Assembly: GCA_040954595.2 (NCBI GenBank)
Contig: CM082590.2
Coordinates: forward strand, 248,001 to 312,000
Direction of reading: 5' to 3'
DNA length: 64,000 bases
Origin: Balanoglossus misakiensis
Taxonomy: Eukaryota; Animalia; Hemichordata
Shown: one piece after another, positions 1 through 12,786 of the stretch
Layout of the letters: every line of letters starts with the position of its first letter
Numbering within the stretch: the first letter of the stretch is position 1
Notes under the pieces: generated by a model
The model's input: only the letters and a program-made list of their open reading frames with translations
Databases searched by the model: none
Told to the model about the DNA's origin: nothing
Made by a program: the position numbers and the translations under genes

Positions 1-354
1 AATACACTTTTATTTACGTAGATCAGGTCGTGTCCGGCCGTTGCTGTAGCGAGGTCAGTTCAAAGCAAGCGCTCAGAGAGCGCTCAGAGTGCGTCACTGA
101 TGACTCTATACAAAATGTAAAAATGTGCGTCAAATGACGCAAAAACAGTCTGGCGGCAACACTGCATTTTGTCTATGCATGTTTGTGCTTCTGTCATTGC
201 TAGTTCCAGCATCTACTACGTACAGAATGTTGAAGTAATTAGGGTGTAAAATGGTTTTCATGTTACATGCTAATTATTGATTAATAGCATGATTTTCCTG
301 GTAAGTTGGCCAACCGAGACTGACTTCTAGAGAACCATGTGATTATTACCACAG

Positions 355-459
355 GCTTGCCAGATGGAAACAGAGCCACTCACCATCAGTGCGTACATCA
401 TGTTCCTCTCCAAATATTCTTCGACCAATCAGCTTCATGAAATGGCCGACCTTGCATTG
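355..459 (+). pseudogene. INTS1: INTS1 exon Z (ACQMETEPLTISAYIMFLSKYSSTNQLHEMADLAL), unit 1
   Basis: cacag acceptor, gtaaga donor, 105 nt, phase 0/0. Resembles INTS1 METDPQTISAYLIYLSQ...DLAL. Confidence 0.85.
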
Positions 460-880
460 GTAAGATGATGATTTGTGTATTTCCAGTATGAGTCGTGGAG
501 ACCTCTGGTAGAAACAAATAAAGACATATGATTGTGAAACATACATACAGGTTCTGGGTGAGGGCTACACACAAATAGTATTAGAACAAAAACAGTTGAA
601 AATGCAAAAGTCTGTGATCTATATATCAAACAGTATTTTCATTGGAGTATGTGCAAAAAAAAAGAGTAAGTTTATATAGAAAGTTCTAAGCATGAACCAA
701 GTGATTTTTATTTGAATATGCTTCAATTTTCCTTTTGCATGCATAATTTTTGTGTCATTTCTACCTTAGCACAAATGATGGTGGTTGGTTTGCAGCTCAC
801 AAATGATTATGTGTGTTGTTATTGTTGTTGTTTTGACAAACATATTTGATTTTACTTCACTGCTACCTTTCTGATTCTAG

Positions 881-1042
881 GATTTAGCTCAGTTGATTGT
901 AGAAAGGCCCACCATACTCAGCTCCATGCTGTGCAGAGACACCAGTGCCGACCAGACCAACACTACACTGACATCCATGTTACATATATTCTACAATTAC
1001 TTTAAGAAAGCCACACAGCCCCATGCGGAATCTTACTCATGG
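881..1042 (+). pseudogene. INTS1: INTS1 exon A (DLAQLIVERPTILSSML...AESYSW), intact only in unit 1
   Basis: ttctag acceptor, gtgagt donor, 162 nt. Units 2-6 read aacactaTGTAcactgac (+4 nt frameshift). Confidence 0.87.
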
Positions 1043-1759
1043 GTGAGTGTCAATCAATTACTTCCAGAGCAGGTCTTCAAATCTCGTTCAACTTCTAGTT
1101 CATTGTCTTGCAAATTGTTCATGGTTCACATTTGTTGCCATGCAGTGTTTTATAAAAGTGACATGAAAAGGTAAAAAAATATATAATAATCTGTCTGTTA
1201 GCAGTTTCTCTGTCATTCTTTCATTGTGTCACTACATGTACAAAAGTTGAGACGAAAACCAGTTTTATTCTGTCGTGCCACCCACAGTCGGATTTCGTGA
1301 TATTGTCAGATTTCATGATAAAACAAGAAAAAAAAAACATTTAATAAGAGTTACATGTATAACCACTGTAACAGTAGTAAGTTTTTATTGCTGACCACTA
1401 TATGAAGCAGCAACATAATTGAGCTCAGCATGGAGATCTCAGAATGGCAGAAAAGTCAATTTTTGTAGCCAATTGAATTTCAAATTTATTCTGTGCCGAC
1501 TTTCAGCTTAATCAAGTATGACCTTAATATGGCTTCAATGTTTTCCCAAATTTTAATATAGAATGCTCCACTGTCCAGTGTTCATCCCCATTCAATGTAT
1601 ACATTGTATAGATCCAACCATACTATTGAAAATAATTGGACTGGACCAAAATATGCGGGTGAAATGTTAAAGTTCAACATACCTAATGACCAGTCGCAGA
1701 CATATTATTAGTTGTATTTTTGGTGTAACTGATAGTGAAATGGCCATCTTCTCCCACAG

Positions 1760-1871
1760 TCTGACACTGAAGACCAAGTGTTCATCCAATGGCAGAGTGG
1801 TGAAGTGGCCACCATGCATATCTTAGTGGTACACGCTATGGTCATTCTGCTAACCTTTGGAAAACCTCCAC
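1760..1871 (+). pseudogene. INTS1: INTS1 exon B (SDTEDQVFIQWQSGEVATMHILVVHAMVILLTFGKPP), unit 1 only
   Basis: cccacag acceptor, gtatgt donor. Strongly conserved INTS1 motif ATMHILVVHAMVILLT. Confidence 0.92.
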
Positions 1872-2321
1872 GTATGTATGCAAATGGTTTTTAAGCCTTA
1901 AATGGTTCGTTGCTGCTACTTTGAGCTGCGACTTGATTGTATTTCATTAGAATTGACAGTTTGTTGACTTTTCTTCCAGCTGTCACACAATGAACAATTT
2001 ATGGGTGCACTATCGTTGTTATGTATCATATTGAATTACCAGTACATGGGTTTCCATGTTTACAGATATTTACTACATGTACTAATAATAATAGCCAGAA
2101 CAAACCAAGTTGTGTAAATTCCAACATTCACTGAATTTCTACAAATGGATGAGTTGTATGGTCGTGAAATATGGAAAGAAGCGAAGGCAGTGCTCTATTT
2201 TAATGCGTCAAACATAAAATTTGCAGAACATTTGGATTGGACATGTTTGTGCACATGAAATTTTGCACATGCGCATAAGACAATCGTCAACCTTTAATTT
2301 GACGCTCTCTTTATTTTGCAG

Positions 2322-2480
2322 GAGATAGTTCCTTTGATTATTTGCTGAGTGCCTGGTTTCCAGACAACTCACCGCGTCCTTCAGCATTTCTGGTGGACAC
2401 GTCAGAAGAAGCTCTCCTCTTGCCTGATTGGTTGAAGCTGAGAATGATCCGCTCCAATGTTCCCTGACTTGTGGATGCTG
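2322..2480 (+). pseudogene. INTS1: INTS1 exon C (DSSFDYLLSAWFP...AFLVDTSEEALLLPDWLKLRMIRSNVP*LVDA) with premature TGA, unit 1 only
   Basis: ttgcag acceptor, gtaggt donor, phase 1/1. In-frame TGA at 2465-2467 where INTS1 has Arg (likely CGA>TGA). Confidence 0.92.
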
Positions 2481-2854
2481 GTAGGTTGCTATAACAATAA
2501 GGTGTCAGTTACTTTGTGATTTAGATTTATAGATTGACAGTATTGCACCCTCTCAGAGTCAAATATAATGCCCCACTGATGCAGTGCAACTGTAAAAGGG
2601 GAAATTTTTGCGAATTTCGTGAGAGCCAAAAAACGTGAAAATAAATGGTCGCAAAGAAACAATGTGAGGTTACTGTAATCTTGGTAATTTTTGTGATGGG
2701 AAATTTTTCGCGATATTAACAGAGGTGACTATTTCATGACAATTAATTGTTTGCGTTCTCTTATTTCACTAACTGATTTGCAAAGCTAGATATTCCAGTT
2801 TCTTCTCAGAAAGTAAATAATATTTCCTGGACATAACACAATTTTTATTTGCAG

Positions 2855-2982
2855 ATGAGGAAAAGAAAGAGGAGAAAAGTGAGGCAATGCAGATGGATGA
2901 AAAGAAAGATGTTGCAGCCAAGATGGATGCAAGAAAAGTCACTGTAGATAGTCAAGAGTCAGCCAAGATGATCTTACTGAAG
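2855..2982 (+). pseudogene. INTS1: INTS1 exon F (DEEKKEEKSEAMQMDEKK...AKMILLK), present in all units
   Basis: tttgcag acceptor, gtaagt donor, purine-rich open frame positioned between conserved INTS1 exons. Peptide similarity itself is weak. Confidence 0.7.
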
Positions 2983-3103
2983 GTAAGTTTGGTTTAGAAA
3001 TAAAGTGGACCCTTTTCCAAGTGGCTTTTCAGTAAATCATGGTTTCTCAGTCAAATCAAGGCCAATGGGCACAGTATAGCTCCTTCTGTAGTCACCTGAA
3101 GTT

Positions 3104-3815
3104 CTGTATCTGTATAATACTGCAGAGTAACTCAGAAATTGAGCAGTAATCCTGCAGGTGCGCAAGGTGAAATTAGTCGTGATGACTAGTTATTCCTGAG
3201 AGACCAGTTTTAAATTGCTCTAGGTTTGTGCTAGTTACAATTTTATCAGGTAAGTTGTTCCAGTCAATAATGGTTCGCGGAATGAAGGAGTGTTTGTAAG
3301 TATCTGTTTTGCACATTGGTATGAACAGGGGTCTTGAGTGAGAATTCCTGGATGTACGTGGGTTGAATTTAATATGACTTTCGGCTGGAATTGCGATTTG
3401 GTTATTTACGATTTTGTACATAAGATGAAGCCGCTGGTCTCTCCTGCGATCAGATAGTGGTATTAAATTAAGATCTTTTAACATGGCGGTGACACTGCTT
3501 TCCCTACTGTAGTCATTTTTTATGAAACGTGCAGCTCGTCTTTGTATATTCTCCAGTTTAGTGATGTCCTTAATAAGGTAGGGGTCCCATACTACAGAGG
3601 CATAGTCCATGACAGAGCGAACAAGAGATGTATATGCTATTTGCTTCAAAGTGGGGTGACAATGACGAAGATTTCTCCTGATGAAACCAAGTGTTGATGA
3701 TGCCTTGTTGCTTACTTTGTTGATGTGGTTGGTCCATTTAAGATTACTGCTGATGGTGATACCTAAGTAAGGGTTGTCAGTGACATTTTCCAGTACATGG
3801 TCATTCAGAAGATAT
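3104..3815 (-). mobile_element. 5'-truncated CR1-clade non-LTR retrotransposon (RT C-terminus plus 3'UTR), private to unit 1
   Basis: ORF 3173-3871 contains YLGITISSNLKW..LGFIRRNL..YTSLVRS..VWDPY..IQRRAARF..SFIPRTIIDWNNLP. The minus-strand 3' end is TACAGATACAG. The empty site GAAGTTGCAAGG is present in all other units. Confidence 0.92.
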
Positions 3816-4153
3816 TTGCAAGGCTTCTTAAACCAGGTCATGTTCTTTTGAACCAAAACACAACTGATCATGTCTCATGTTACAATCAAAAGCTGATCTT
3901 GTGTCATCAGACATGGACGACTTTCCAAACACCACAAAACTTATCAGGCTGGGTAATTTAATAGTTCTTCTTAACATAAGTTTTATGGCCGTTGTGTGAA
4001 AATGGTTGGACAGCAAAATCTACCTAATCTGGAAACCTCTCTACACTGTACTGGAACTCTTTTCCAACTTCAGACTCAAAATCAGTCACTTCCACTTTTG
4101 CAGTATCATTGCTAATGAGTGAGCGATTTCTTCTCCTTTGATTATATTTACAG

Positions 4154-4222
4154 CTATTCAGTATTGGTGAGCACAAAGTGAGTGCATCAACGGAAAGACA
4201 ATATCTGAGAGGCATACAATTG
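4154..4222 (+). pseudogene. INTS1: INTS1 small exon (LFSIGEHKVSASTERQYLRGIQL)
   Basis: ttacag acceptor, gtatgt donor, 69 nt, phase 0/0, bridging exons F and G in frame. Confidence 0.65.
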
Positions 4223-4286
4223 GTATGTACATGTAATATTTGATCTTAAAACAATTACACTTCCCAGAAGAAATATGATATGTTAA

Positions 4287-4470
4287 GGTATATTGTCACC
4301 TATGGTAATTTAACTACAGTTACCATGGTAAACTTGAGATCTAGCCAATCACAGATTTTCAGTGGGTGGCACACGCGAAAAAAAGAGCGCCGCCATATGT
4401 CCTTTAGAACGCTCAAATACGCCATTTCAGCCATATATGGGCGTATGTAAATTATAGGTGACTGTATACC
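4287..4470. mobile_element. Short MITE-like element (one per array unit)
   Basis: Imperfect terminal inverted repeats GGTATAttGTCACCTAT / ATAGGTGACtgTATACC. Left flank is TTAA; right flank is degenerate. Confidence 0.55.
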
Positions 4471-4598
4471 TTTGCGGCAACTTTATCATTTTATGAGAAG
4501 ATTATGAACTATACTTTGTAAAGGCCGACAGATTTCTCAGTGACTGGCCAGGTTTCCTAATAAATGATATTAATATTTTGCCATCATTTCTCACACAG

Positions 4599-4778
4599 AC
4601 ACTGTCCAGGGAAATCTCCAGGCTGAAATTGTTTGATTCATCAGAGAATTCTGGTGATCACATCATTCTGGCAATGCAAGAAATCCTAACATCAAGTGAT
4701 GAGAGTCAGTTTATTTATAATCTACACAGAAAACATCATTTGTCATGTCCATTGTTCAGTTTGCTTCACCAACGACAG
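4599..4778 (+). pseudogene. INTS1: INTS1 exon G (TLSREISRLK...LHRKHHLSCPLFSLLHQRQ)
   Basis: cacacag acceptor, gtaatt donor, 180 nt. Resembles INTS1 MHRSHFLACPLLRQL. Confidence 0.8.
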
Positions 4779-5421
4779 GTAATTGCATGTCAATTTTATA
4801 GTAAGATTACTTACATTCAAACATATTTTCGTTTGTTCGAGAATTTGAAATTCAATTTGAGTTTCTCAAGTCAGTAGGCTTATAGTGTTATTCCCTATAT
4901 TGGAGAAGTTGAAATTTGATTTGAGTTGCAACTTCCGTTCAGCTTCCAAAATATTATTCCTCAAATTATGAGACATTTACAGGGGAATATATACAGGGGA
5001 ATATAAATAATAAGTTGACATATTTATTAAAACATTCTCTTACATTTTTGACTTCTTACATGATAGATAATTATGATTATTTGACTTCACTAAGGGAAGA
5101 GGTCCATTTCAAGTAGGCGGTACCCGGTTCCCCCAGCGCTCGCATTCGCACGGTATACCTCCTCTCATATGACGTGAATGAGTTGAATTTGATACAGTTT
5201 ACGTACGTACAGTCGCACTCTTGGGAATTGCAAGTTACGTGGTGATATCAGTATCACGCCAATGAAAAGATTACGTCTGCGTGACCCCCTGATTGTTCGA
5301 GCGCGATCTCTCTCTCCCTCTCTCTCTCTCATTCAACAGCTCTCAGTCCAAAACAGACATGAAAGTTCAAAACTGACATAATCATGCACAATTCTCACTC
5401 TCACTCCTTTATATGATTTAG

Positions 5422-5554
5422 AAACATCTTGAAAAGAAGGAAGATATGATGAGATTTGTCCAGCTAGTGTCTGCAATTTTGAGTTCATCAAAGTCTGAAA
5501 ACAGTGTGTTTACAAAACTTCTCAACCAGTATGAAAAAGTCAACAGACAACAAG
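5422..5554 (+). pseudogene. INTS1: INTS1 exon H (KHLEKKEDMMRFVQLVSAIL...VNRQQ)
   Basis: atttag acceptor, gtgagc donor, phase 0/1, in frame with exon G. Confidence 0.7.
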
Positions 5555-6125
5555 GTGAGCTGTTTATTTCACTTACCTCAAGCAGTGAAATAATTCTCAA
5601 AACCATACACAAACTGTAACTTGAGCGTTTTCACTATATCACACAGGATAAATAGAAAAATTCTACATAGTTTCAAGTTTGTACAATGCATTTATTCTTT
5701 GATATCAAAAGACGCCAGACGCGCTCAAGCGCAAATACGTTGGCATTCAATTTTCCAGATGACAGGCAACTTCAGCAACGTGGTGCAGACAAAGACTGTG
5801 CAGACAAAATGCCATGAGGCTGATGAGGTACTATACCTGATACATGTTACATGTCTGGCGGTTCTTAAGTACTTACATACGTGGAAAACTTTTACTGGAT
5901 GCCACTATGTTGTTTGCCGTCACCTGGAAATGACAATGCTGGAGGTCACATGGCCAGATCACATGACATAAAGAATTCTTAACTGGATTCGTACACTCCT
6001 GGAAATTCCTGGAATTTGAAAACCTTCCCAGAAACTCCATTAACCATTTGTGGTATCATGTCCAAATGTCCTCCCTTTATGTAGGGACGTATGCCTTAAT
6101 TCCAGTCTTACGTCCTTCCTTCCAG

Positions 6126-6251
6126 CGAAATCCCTGAGCAGTGAGAAAAGTCCCATCAAAGCCAGTGGTGGCAACTTGGATGAAGTGAGTGAAATCATTG
6201 AAGCCGTCACTGAGGGACGGATGGCTGTAGATAGAGACATGTTATAGAAAG
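6126..6251 (+). pseudogene. INTS1: INTS1 exon I (AKSLSSEKSPIK...AVDRDML*K) with in-frame TAG
   Basis: ccttccttccag acceptor, gtaaag donor, phase 1/1. TAG at 6245-6247 is present in all five copies of this exon. The donor is mutated to GA in unit 2 (about 12267). Confidence 0.65.
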
Positions 6252-6924
6252 GTAAAGTCTGCATTTTTAACACTCCCTCAAGCACCTGAACCCTTTCACC
6301 GCCATGTTCCAGTCCAAACCCATCGTTTTCTATGGTAAGGTTGGACCTCTAAAGAAGGAACTGGGAGTGAAAGGGGCTAACCTATTAGATATTCTCACCA
6401 AACAAACAGAAACACGAGTGGGATAAGAAGGAACGGACCCAATGTTAATTATATAGATCCACATTTTTGGTAATATGTAACAGGTTTGACCTGAGTGCGA
6501 GCGCAGCAAGCTATCGTGCATATATTCACATTGTTGTCAACACTCCACTTTCCACATGCATGCTTCGTCAACTTTTTCGCGGTCAACTGAAGGCTTTGCA
6601 ATACTTTGTCAAAGACATTCTGTTTCTGTGATAGCTTAAGATTATCTACATGTATTTATTGGTGGGTTTCATTCTCACAAGGTCATTGTGGTTGTCTAGT
6701 TGTGGTTAAACATGATTTAGGCTCAAAAAGAATAAATGGTGTCGTTTAAGTGGCACCATACACATGTAATGTTATTTCTAAGTCTCGCGTTATTTGGTGT
6801 GATTTCGTATGATTCAATATGCGCACGCTATAATTGTAATTCATTCACATTTTTTATGGTATGATCATGTTAATGATACATTTTATGATTGGGTGAATTT
6901 TGTTTGACTTTGCACCATATGCAG

Positions 6925-7078
6925 TGTATCACCAGCTGACAGGCGCCAATTCCAGCCAACTAGAAGAGTTTCTGAATAAAGCCTTATCTGTTGCTATGCA
7001 AGTGCCAACAAAATCATCCAGCACCAGTGAAGCATTGAGTGAGTTGTTGTTACAAGAGCAGTCCAGATTGATTGACAA
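6925..7078 (+). pseudogene. INTS1: INTS1 exon J (VYHQLTGANSSQLEEFLNKAL...LLLQEQSRLIDK)
   Basis: atgcag acceptor, gtaagt donor, phase 1/2, in frame with exon K. Deleted in unit 4. Confidence 0.72.
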
Positions 7079-7249
7079 GTAAGTCCAAGTTTATCTCAAG
7101 ACTCATCTGTCTGGTAGCTTTGAGTTTTGGGTTTTATGTTCCTGGGATCACCTTGTCTGTATTTCTTTTTAATAAAGAACAGTTTTGTACTTGCAAGACA
7201 TAAATCAAAAAATGCATATTTATAACTGTATGCCAGCTATGATATTTAA

Positions 7250-7436
7250 AGGGACAAAGTCTCTCTCTCGCTGCCCTTTTTCCATACATTATGTTTGATA
7301 CAAGACACCATTTATGTTATTCTACATGTGGATATATAGTGAATCAATGTTCGACCACACACAACTTCCATCCCGTTTGTAGGATATGAGAGTAAAAATC
7401 TCCCCAAAATGAATTAACTGTAGAGAGTTTGTCCCT
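7250..7436. mobile_element. TTAA-flanked MITE with AGGGACAAA(G) termini (Kolobok-like); complete in units 1, 2, 3 and 5, right end only in unit 4
   Basis: TTAA|AGGGACAAAGTCTCT ... AGAGTTTGTCCCT|TTAA. Relatives occur at 45773-46047 and 50768-51114. Confidence 0.8.
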
Positions 7437-8706
7437 TTAATGTGTAGATCTCTGAAAGACATTTACCATACACTAGTATGTTATATCAGAGAGGACATTA
7501 GACCTTTATTCATCACTCACCTAGGTAGCAAAAACCTATTTCAGGTAGTGAGAATTCCATCAGTATGATTGTGTTATACCCTTTACTCCACTGACTGTAT
7601 ATTTCTCTTTAATTACACATTGTCACATTTAGCTCAGTTGATTGTAGAAAGGCCCACCATACTCAGCTCCATGCTGTGTAGAGACACCAGTGCCGACCAG
7701 ACCAACACTATGTACACTGACATCCATGTTACATATATTCTACAATTACTTGAAGAAAGCCACACAGCCCCATGCGGAATCTTACTCATGGGTGAGTGTC
7801 AATCAATTACTTCCAGAGCAGGTCTTCAAATCTCGTTCAACTTCTAGTTCATTGTCTTGCAAATTGTTCATGGTTCACATTTGTTGCCATGCAGTGTTTT
7901 ATAAAAGTGACATGAAAAGGTAAAAAAATATATAATAATCTGTCTGTTAGCAGTTTCTCTGTCATTCTTTCATTGTGTCACTACATGTACAAAAGTTGAG
8001 ACGAAAACCAGTTTTATTCTGTCGTGCCACCCACAGTCAGATTTCGTGATATTGTCAGATTTCATGATAAAACAAGAAAAAAAAACATTTAATAAGAGTT
8101 ACATGTATAACCACTGTAACAGTAGTAAGTTTTTATTGCTGACCACTATATGAAGCAGCAACATAATTGAGCTCAGCATGGAGATCTCAGAATGGCAGAA
8201 AAGTCAATTTTTGTAGCCAATTGAATTTCAAATTTATTCTGTGCCGACTTTCAGCTTAATCAAGTATGACCTTAATATGGCTTCAATGTTTTCCCAAATT
8301 TTAATATAGAATGCTCCACTGTCCAGTGTTCATCCCCATTCAATGTATACATTGTATAGATCCAACCATACTATTGTAAAAGGGGAAATTTTTGCGAATT
8401 TCGTGAGAGCCAAAAAACGTGAAAATAAATGGTCGCAAAGAAACAATGTGAGCAATGGAATAGTCAGCTCTCTTGTGATATCACAAAAATTTCCTGTTTT
8501 ACAGTAATTTTATGCTATAAATTGCAACCCAGCAGTTTTTGTGAAGAGGTGCAGTATTTGTCATGGCCTGATCGGTTAATCTGTTGTTGCACCATTTACA
8601 TGTGATATTTCGTGGAAATATCTGCCAATCTGTGTGTCAATTCAACTTGGGATCTTTTCTCACCAAACTTTTGTTGTTTTCATCCTGAATTTGTCATTTT
8701 TTTCAG

Positions 8707-8779
8707 CCCTGGAAGACTTGGAACCAGCTCAGTTGGTCTTGTTTGTGCAGTCCTTTGGTATACCAGTCAACAGCATGAG
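8707..8779 (+). pseudogene. INTS1: INTS1 exon D (ALEDLEPAQLVLFVQSFGIPVNSM), units 2-6
   Basis: ttttcag acceptor, gtatgt donor. Matches INTS1 ALQDLEPQQLLLFVQSFGIPVSSM. Confidence 0.9.
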
Positions 8780-9151
8780 GTATGTTGTAACTCTAGAATT
8801 ATTCCTCATCAAAGCTACCGTACATCCCAATTTCCATACTTGGTTTAAATTACAACTTTAGAGATTTACTCTTCGGTGTTGTGAGTTATCTCTCATTGTG
8901 GTGGTGCTTTTCAGTAGCCAAAGACACTCTGTGATCTTTCAAGCAGGACTATTAAAAAAACTGGGTGTGTGTGTTATAATTAAGTCATACAACAAACCAC
9001 ATATTAAGGTCATTTGGCCCACAAGTATGAATACACATGATCTGCTATAAACATGATGCTAGCACCATATTCACAAAGATTTTGTCATGATGTGCCGTGA
9101 TCTGGCCCTGTAACACACATACACATGTAACACTTCTGTTTCTTTTCACAG

Positions 9152-9310
9152 CAAACTACTGCAGCATCTCGACATGGCCTGCAGACAAGATCTGTACAGT
9201 ATGGAACAGGCTGTGGTTGACAAAGGATACATGGCTCAGTTAGTGGAAGTTCAACAGATGAGAGGAGCAGAAGGTGGAAAAAAATTCATTCCTGGATAAA
9301 GAGAACAAAG
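9152..9310 (+). pseudogene. INTS1: INTS1 exon E (KLLQHLDMACRQD...DKGYMAQLVEVQQMRGAEGGKKF) with a stop before the donor, units 2-6
   Basis: ttcacag acceptor. Matches INTS1 KLLQFLD...DKNYMAHLVEVQHERGASGG. An in-frame TAA precedes the gtact donor. Confidence 0.85.
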
Positions 9311-12300
9311 GTACTAGTATTTGTGTTGTGAAATAGTGTCTCAAAAGTTAAGTCATACATATAGAATTCTTCAACTTTGGACATTATTAGGATTTTATAT
9401 TTTTAGGTTACTGTAATCTTGGTAATTTTTGTGATGGGAAATTTTTCGCGATATTAACAGAGGTGACTATTTCATGACAATTAATTGTTTGCGTTCTCTT
9501 ATTTCACTAACTGATTTGCAAAGCTAGATATTCCAGTTTCTTCTCAGAAAGTAAATAATATTTCCTGGACATAACACAATTTTTATTTGCAGATGAGGAA
9601 AAGAAAGAGGAGAAAAGTGAGGCAATGCAGGTGGATGAAAAGAAAGATGTTGCAGCCAAGATGGATGCAAGAAAAGTCACTGTAGATAGTCAAGAGTCAG
9701 CCAAGATGATCTTCCTGAAGGTAAGTTTGGTTTAGAAATAAAGTGGACCCTTTTCCAAGTGGCTTTTCAGTAAATCATGGTTTCTCAGTCAAATCAAGGC
9801 CAATGGGCACAGTATAGCTCCTTCTGTAGTCACCTGAAGTTGCAAGGCTTCTTAAACCAGGTCATGTTCTTTTGAACCAAAACACAACTGATCATGTCTC
9901 ATGTTACAATCAAAAGCTGATCTTGTGTCATCAGACATGGACGACTTTCCAAACACCACAAAACTTATCAGGCTGGGTAATTTAATAGTTCTTCTTTAAG
10001 TTTTATGGCCGTTGTGTGAAAATGGTTGGACAGCAAAATCTACCTAATCTGGAAACCTCTCTACACTGTACTGGGACTCTTTTCCAACTTCAGACTCAAA
10101 ATCAGTCACTTCCACTTTTGCAGTATCATTGCTAATGAGTGAGTGATTTCTTCTCCTTTGATTATATTTACAGCTATTCAGTATTGGTGAGCACAAAGTG
10201 AGTGCATCAACGGAAAGACAATATCTGAGAGGCATACAATTGGTATGTACATGTAATATTTGATCTTAAAACAATTACACTTCCCAGAAGAAATATGATA
10301 TGTTAAGGTATATTGTCACCTATGGTAATTTAACTACAGTTACCATGGTAAACTTGAGATCTAGCCAATCACAGATTTTCAGTGGGTGGCACACGCGAAA
10401 AAAAGAGCGCCGCCATATGTCCTTTAGAACGCTCAAATACGCCATTTCAGCCATATATGGGCGTATGTAAATTATAGGTGACTGTATACCTTTGCGGCAA
10501 CTTTATCATTTTATGAGAAGATTATGAACTATACTTTGTAAAGGCCGACAGATTTCTCAGTGACTGGCCAGGTTTCCTAATAAATGATATTAATATTTTG
10601 CCATCATTTCTCACACAGACACTGTCCAGGGAAATCTCCAGGCTGAAATTGTTTGATTCATCAGAGAATTCTGGTGATCACATCATTCTGGCAATGCAAG
10701 AAATCCTAACATCAAGTGATGAGAGTCAGTTTATTTATAATCTACACAGAAAACATCATTTGTCATGTCCATTGTTCAGTTTGCTTCACCAACGACAGGT
10801 AATTGCATGTCAATTTTATAGTAAGATTACTTACATTCAAACATATTTTCATTTGTTCGAGAATTTGAAATTCAATTTGAGTTTCTCAAGTCAGTAGGCT
10901 TATAGTGTTATTCCATATATTGGAGAAGTTGAAATTTGATTTGAGTTGCAACTTCCGTTCAGCTTCCAAAATATTATTCCTCAAATTATGAGACATTTAC
11001 AGGGGAATATATACAGGGGAATATAAATAATAAGTTGACATATTTATTAAAACATTCTCTTACATTTTTGACTTCTTACATGATAGATAATTATGATTAT
11101 TTGACTTCACTAAGGGAAGAGGTCCATTTCAAGTAGGCGGTACCCGGTTCCCCCAGCGCTCGCATTCGCACGGTATACCTCCTCTCATATGACGTGAATG
11201 AGTTGAATTTGATACAGTTTACGTACGTACAGTCGCACTCTTGGGAATTGCAAGTTACGTGGTGATATCAGTATCACGCCAATGAAAAGATTACGTCTGG
11301 GTGACCCCCTGATTGTTCGAGCGCGATCTCTCTCTCCCTCTCTCTCTCTCATTCAACAGCTCTCAGTCCAAAACAGACATGAAAGTTCAAAACTGACATA
11401 ATCATGCACAATTCTCACTCCTTTATATCATTTAGAAACATCTTGAAAAGAAGGAAGATATGATGAGATTTGTCCAGCTAGTGTCTGCAATTTTGAGTTC
11501 ATCAAAGTCTGAAAACAGTGTGTTTACAAAACTTCTCAACCAGTATGAAAAAGTCAACAGACAACAAGGTGAGCTGTTTATTTCACTTACCTCAAGCAGT
11601 GAAATAATTCTCAAAACCATACACAAACTGTAACTTGAGCGTTTTCACTATATCACACAGGATAAATAGAAAAATTCTACATAGTTTCAAGTTTGTACAA
11701 TGCATTTATTCTTTGATATCAAAAGACGCCAGACGCGCTCAAGCGCAAATACGTTGGCATTCAATTTTCCAGATGACAGGCAACTTCAGCAACGTGGTGC
11801 AGACAAAGACTGTGCAGACAAAATGCCATGAGGCTGATGAGGTACTATACCTGATACATGTTACATGTCTGGCGGTTCTTAAGTACTTACATACGTGGAA
11901 AACTTTTACTGGATGCCACTATGTTGTTTGCCGTCACCTGGAAATGACAATGCTGCAGGTCACATGGCCAGATCACATGACATAAAGAATTCTTAACTGG
12001 ATTCGTACACTCCTGGAAATTCCTGGAATTTGAAAACCTTCCCAGAAACTCCATTAACCATTTGTGGTATCATGTCCAAATGTCCTCCCTTTATGTAGGG
12101 ACGTATGCCTTAATTCCAGTCTTACGTCCTTCCTTCCAGCGAAATCCCTGAGCAGTGAGAAAAGTCCCATCAAAGCCAGTGGTGGCAACTTGGATGAAGT
12201 GAGTGAAATCATTGAAGCCGTCACTGAGGGACGGATGGCTGTAGATAGAGACATGTTATAGAAAGGAAAAGTCTGCATTTTTAACACTCCCTCAAGCACC

Positions 12301-12743
12301 TGAACCCTTTCACCGCCATGTTCCAGTCCAAACCCATCGTTTTCTATGGTAAGGTTGGACCTCTAAAGAAGGAACTGGGAGTGAAAGGGGCTAACCTATT
12401 AGATATTCTCACCAAACAAACAGAAACACGAGTGGGATAAGAAGGAACGGACCCAATGTTAATTATATAGATCCACATTTTTGGTAATATGTAACAGGTT
12501 TGACCTGAGTGCGAGCGCAGCAAACTATCGTGCATATATTCACATTGTTGTCAACACTCCACTTTCCACATGCATGCTTCGTCAACTTTTTCGCGGTCAA
12601 CTGAAGGCTTTGCAATACTTTGTCAAAGACATTCTGTTTCTGTGATAGCTTCAGATTATCTACATGTATTTATTGGTGGGTTTCATTCTCACAAGGTCAT
12701 TGTGGTTGTCTAGTTGTGGTTAAACATGATTTAGGCTCAAAAA

Positions 12744-12749
<6 letters not shown>

Positions 12750-12786
<37 letters not shown>

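Noticed and set aside
5090-5400. CpG-richer block with TGACGT and CCAAT motifs in every unit as an internal promoter
   Set aside because: Short motifs only; it is equally explained as an old intronic repeat fragment and cannot be supported from sequence alone.
2465-6247. In-frame TGA/TAG as selenocysteine, readthrough or an alternative genetic code
   Set aside because: They co-occur with frameshifts and exon deletions, fit C>T transitions, and standard stops terminate other ORFs here.
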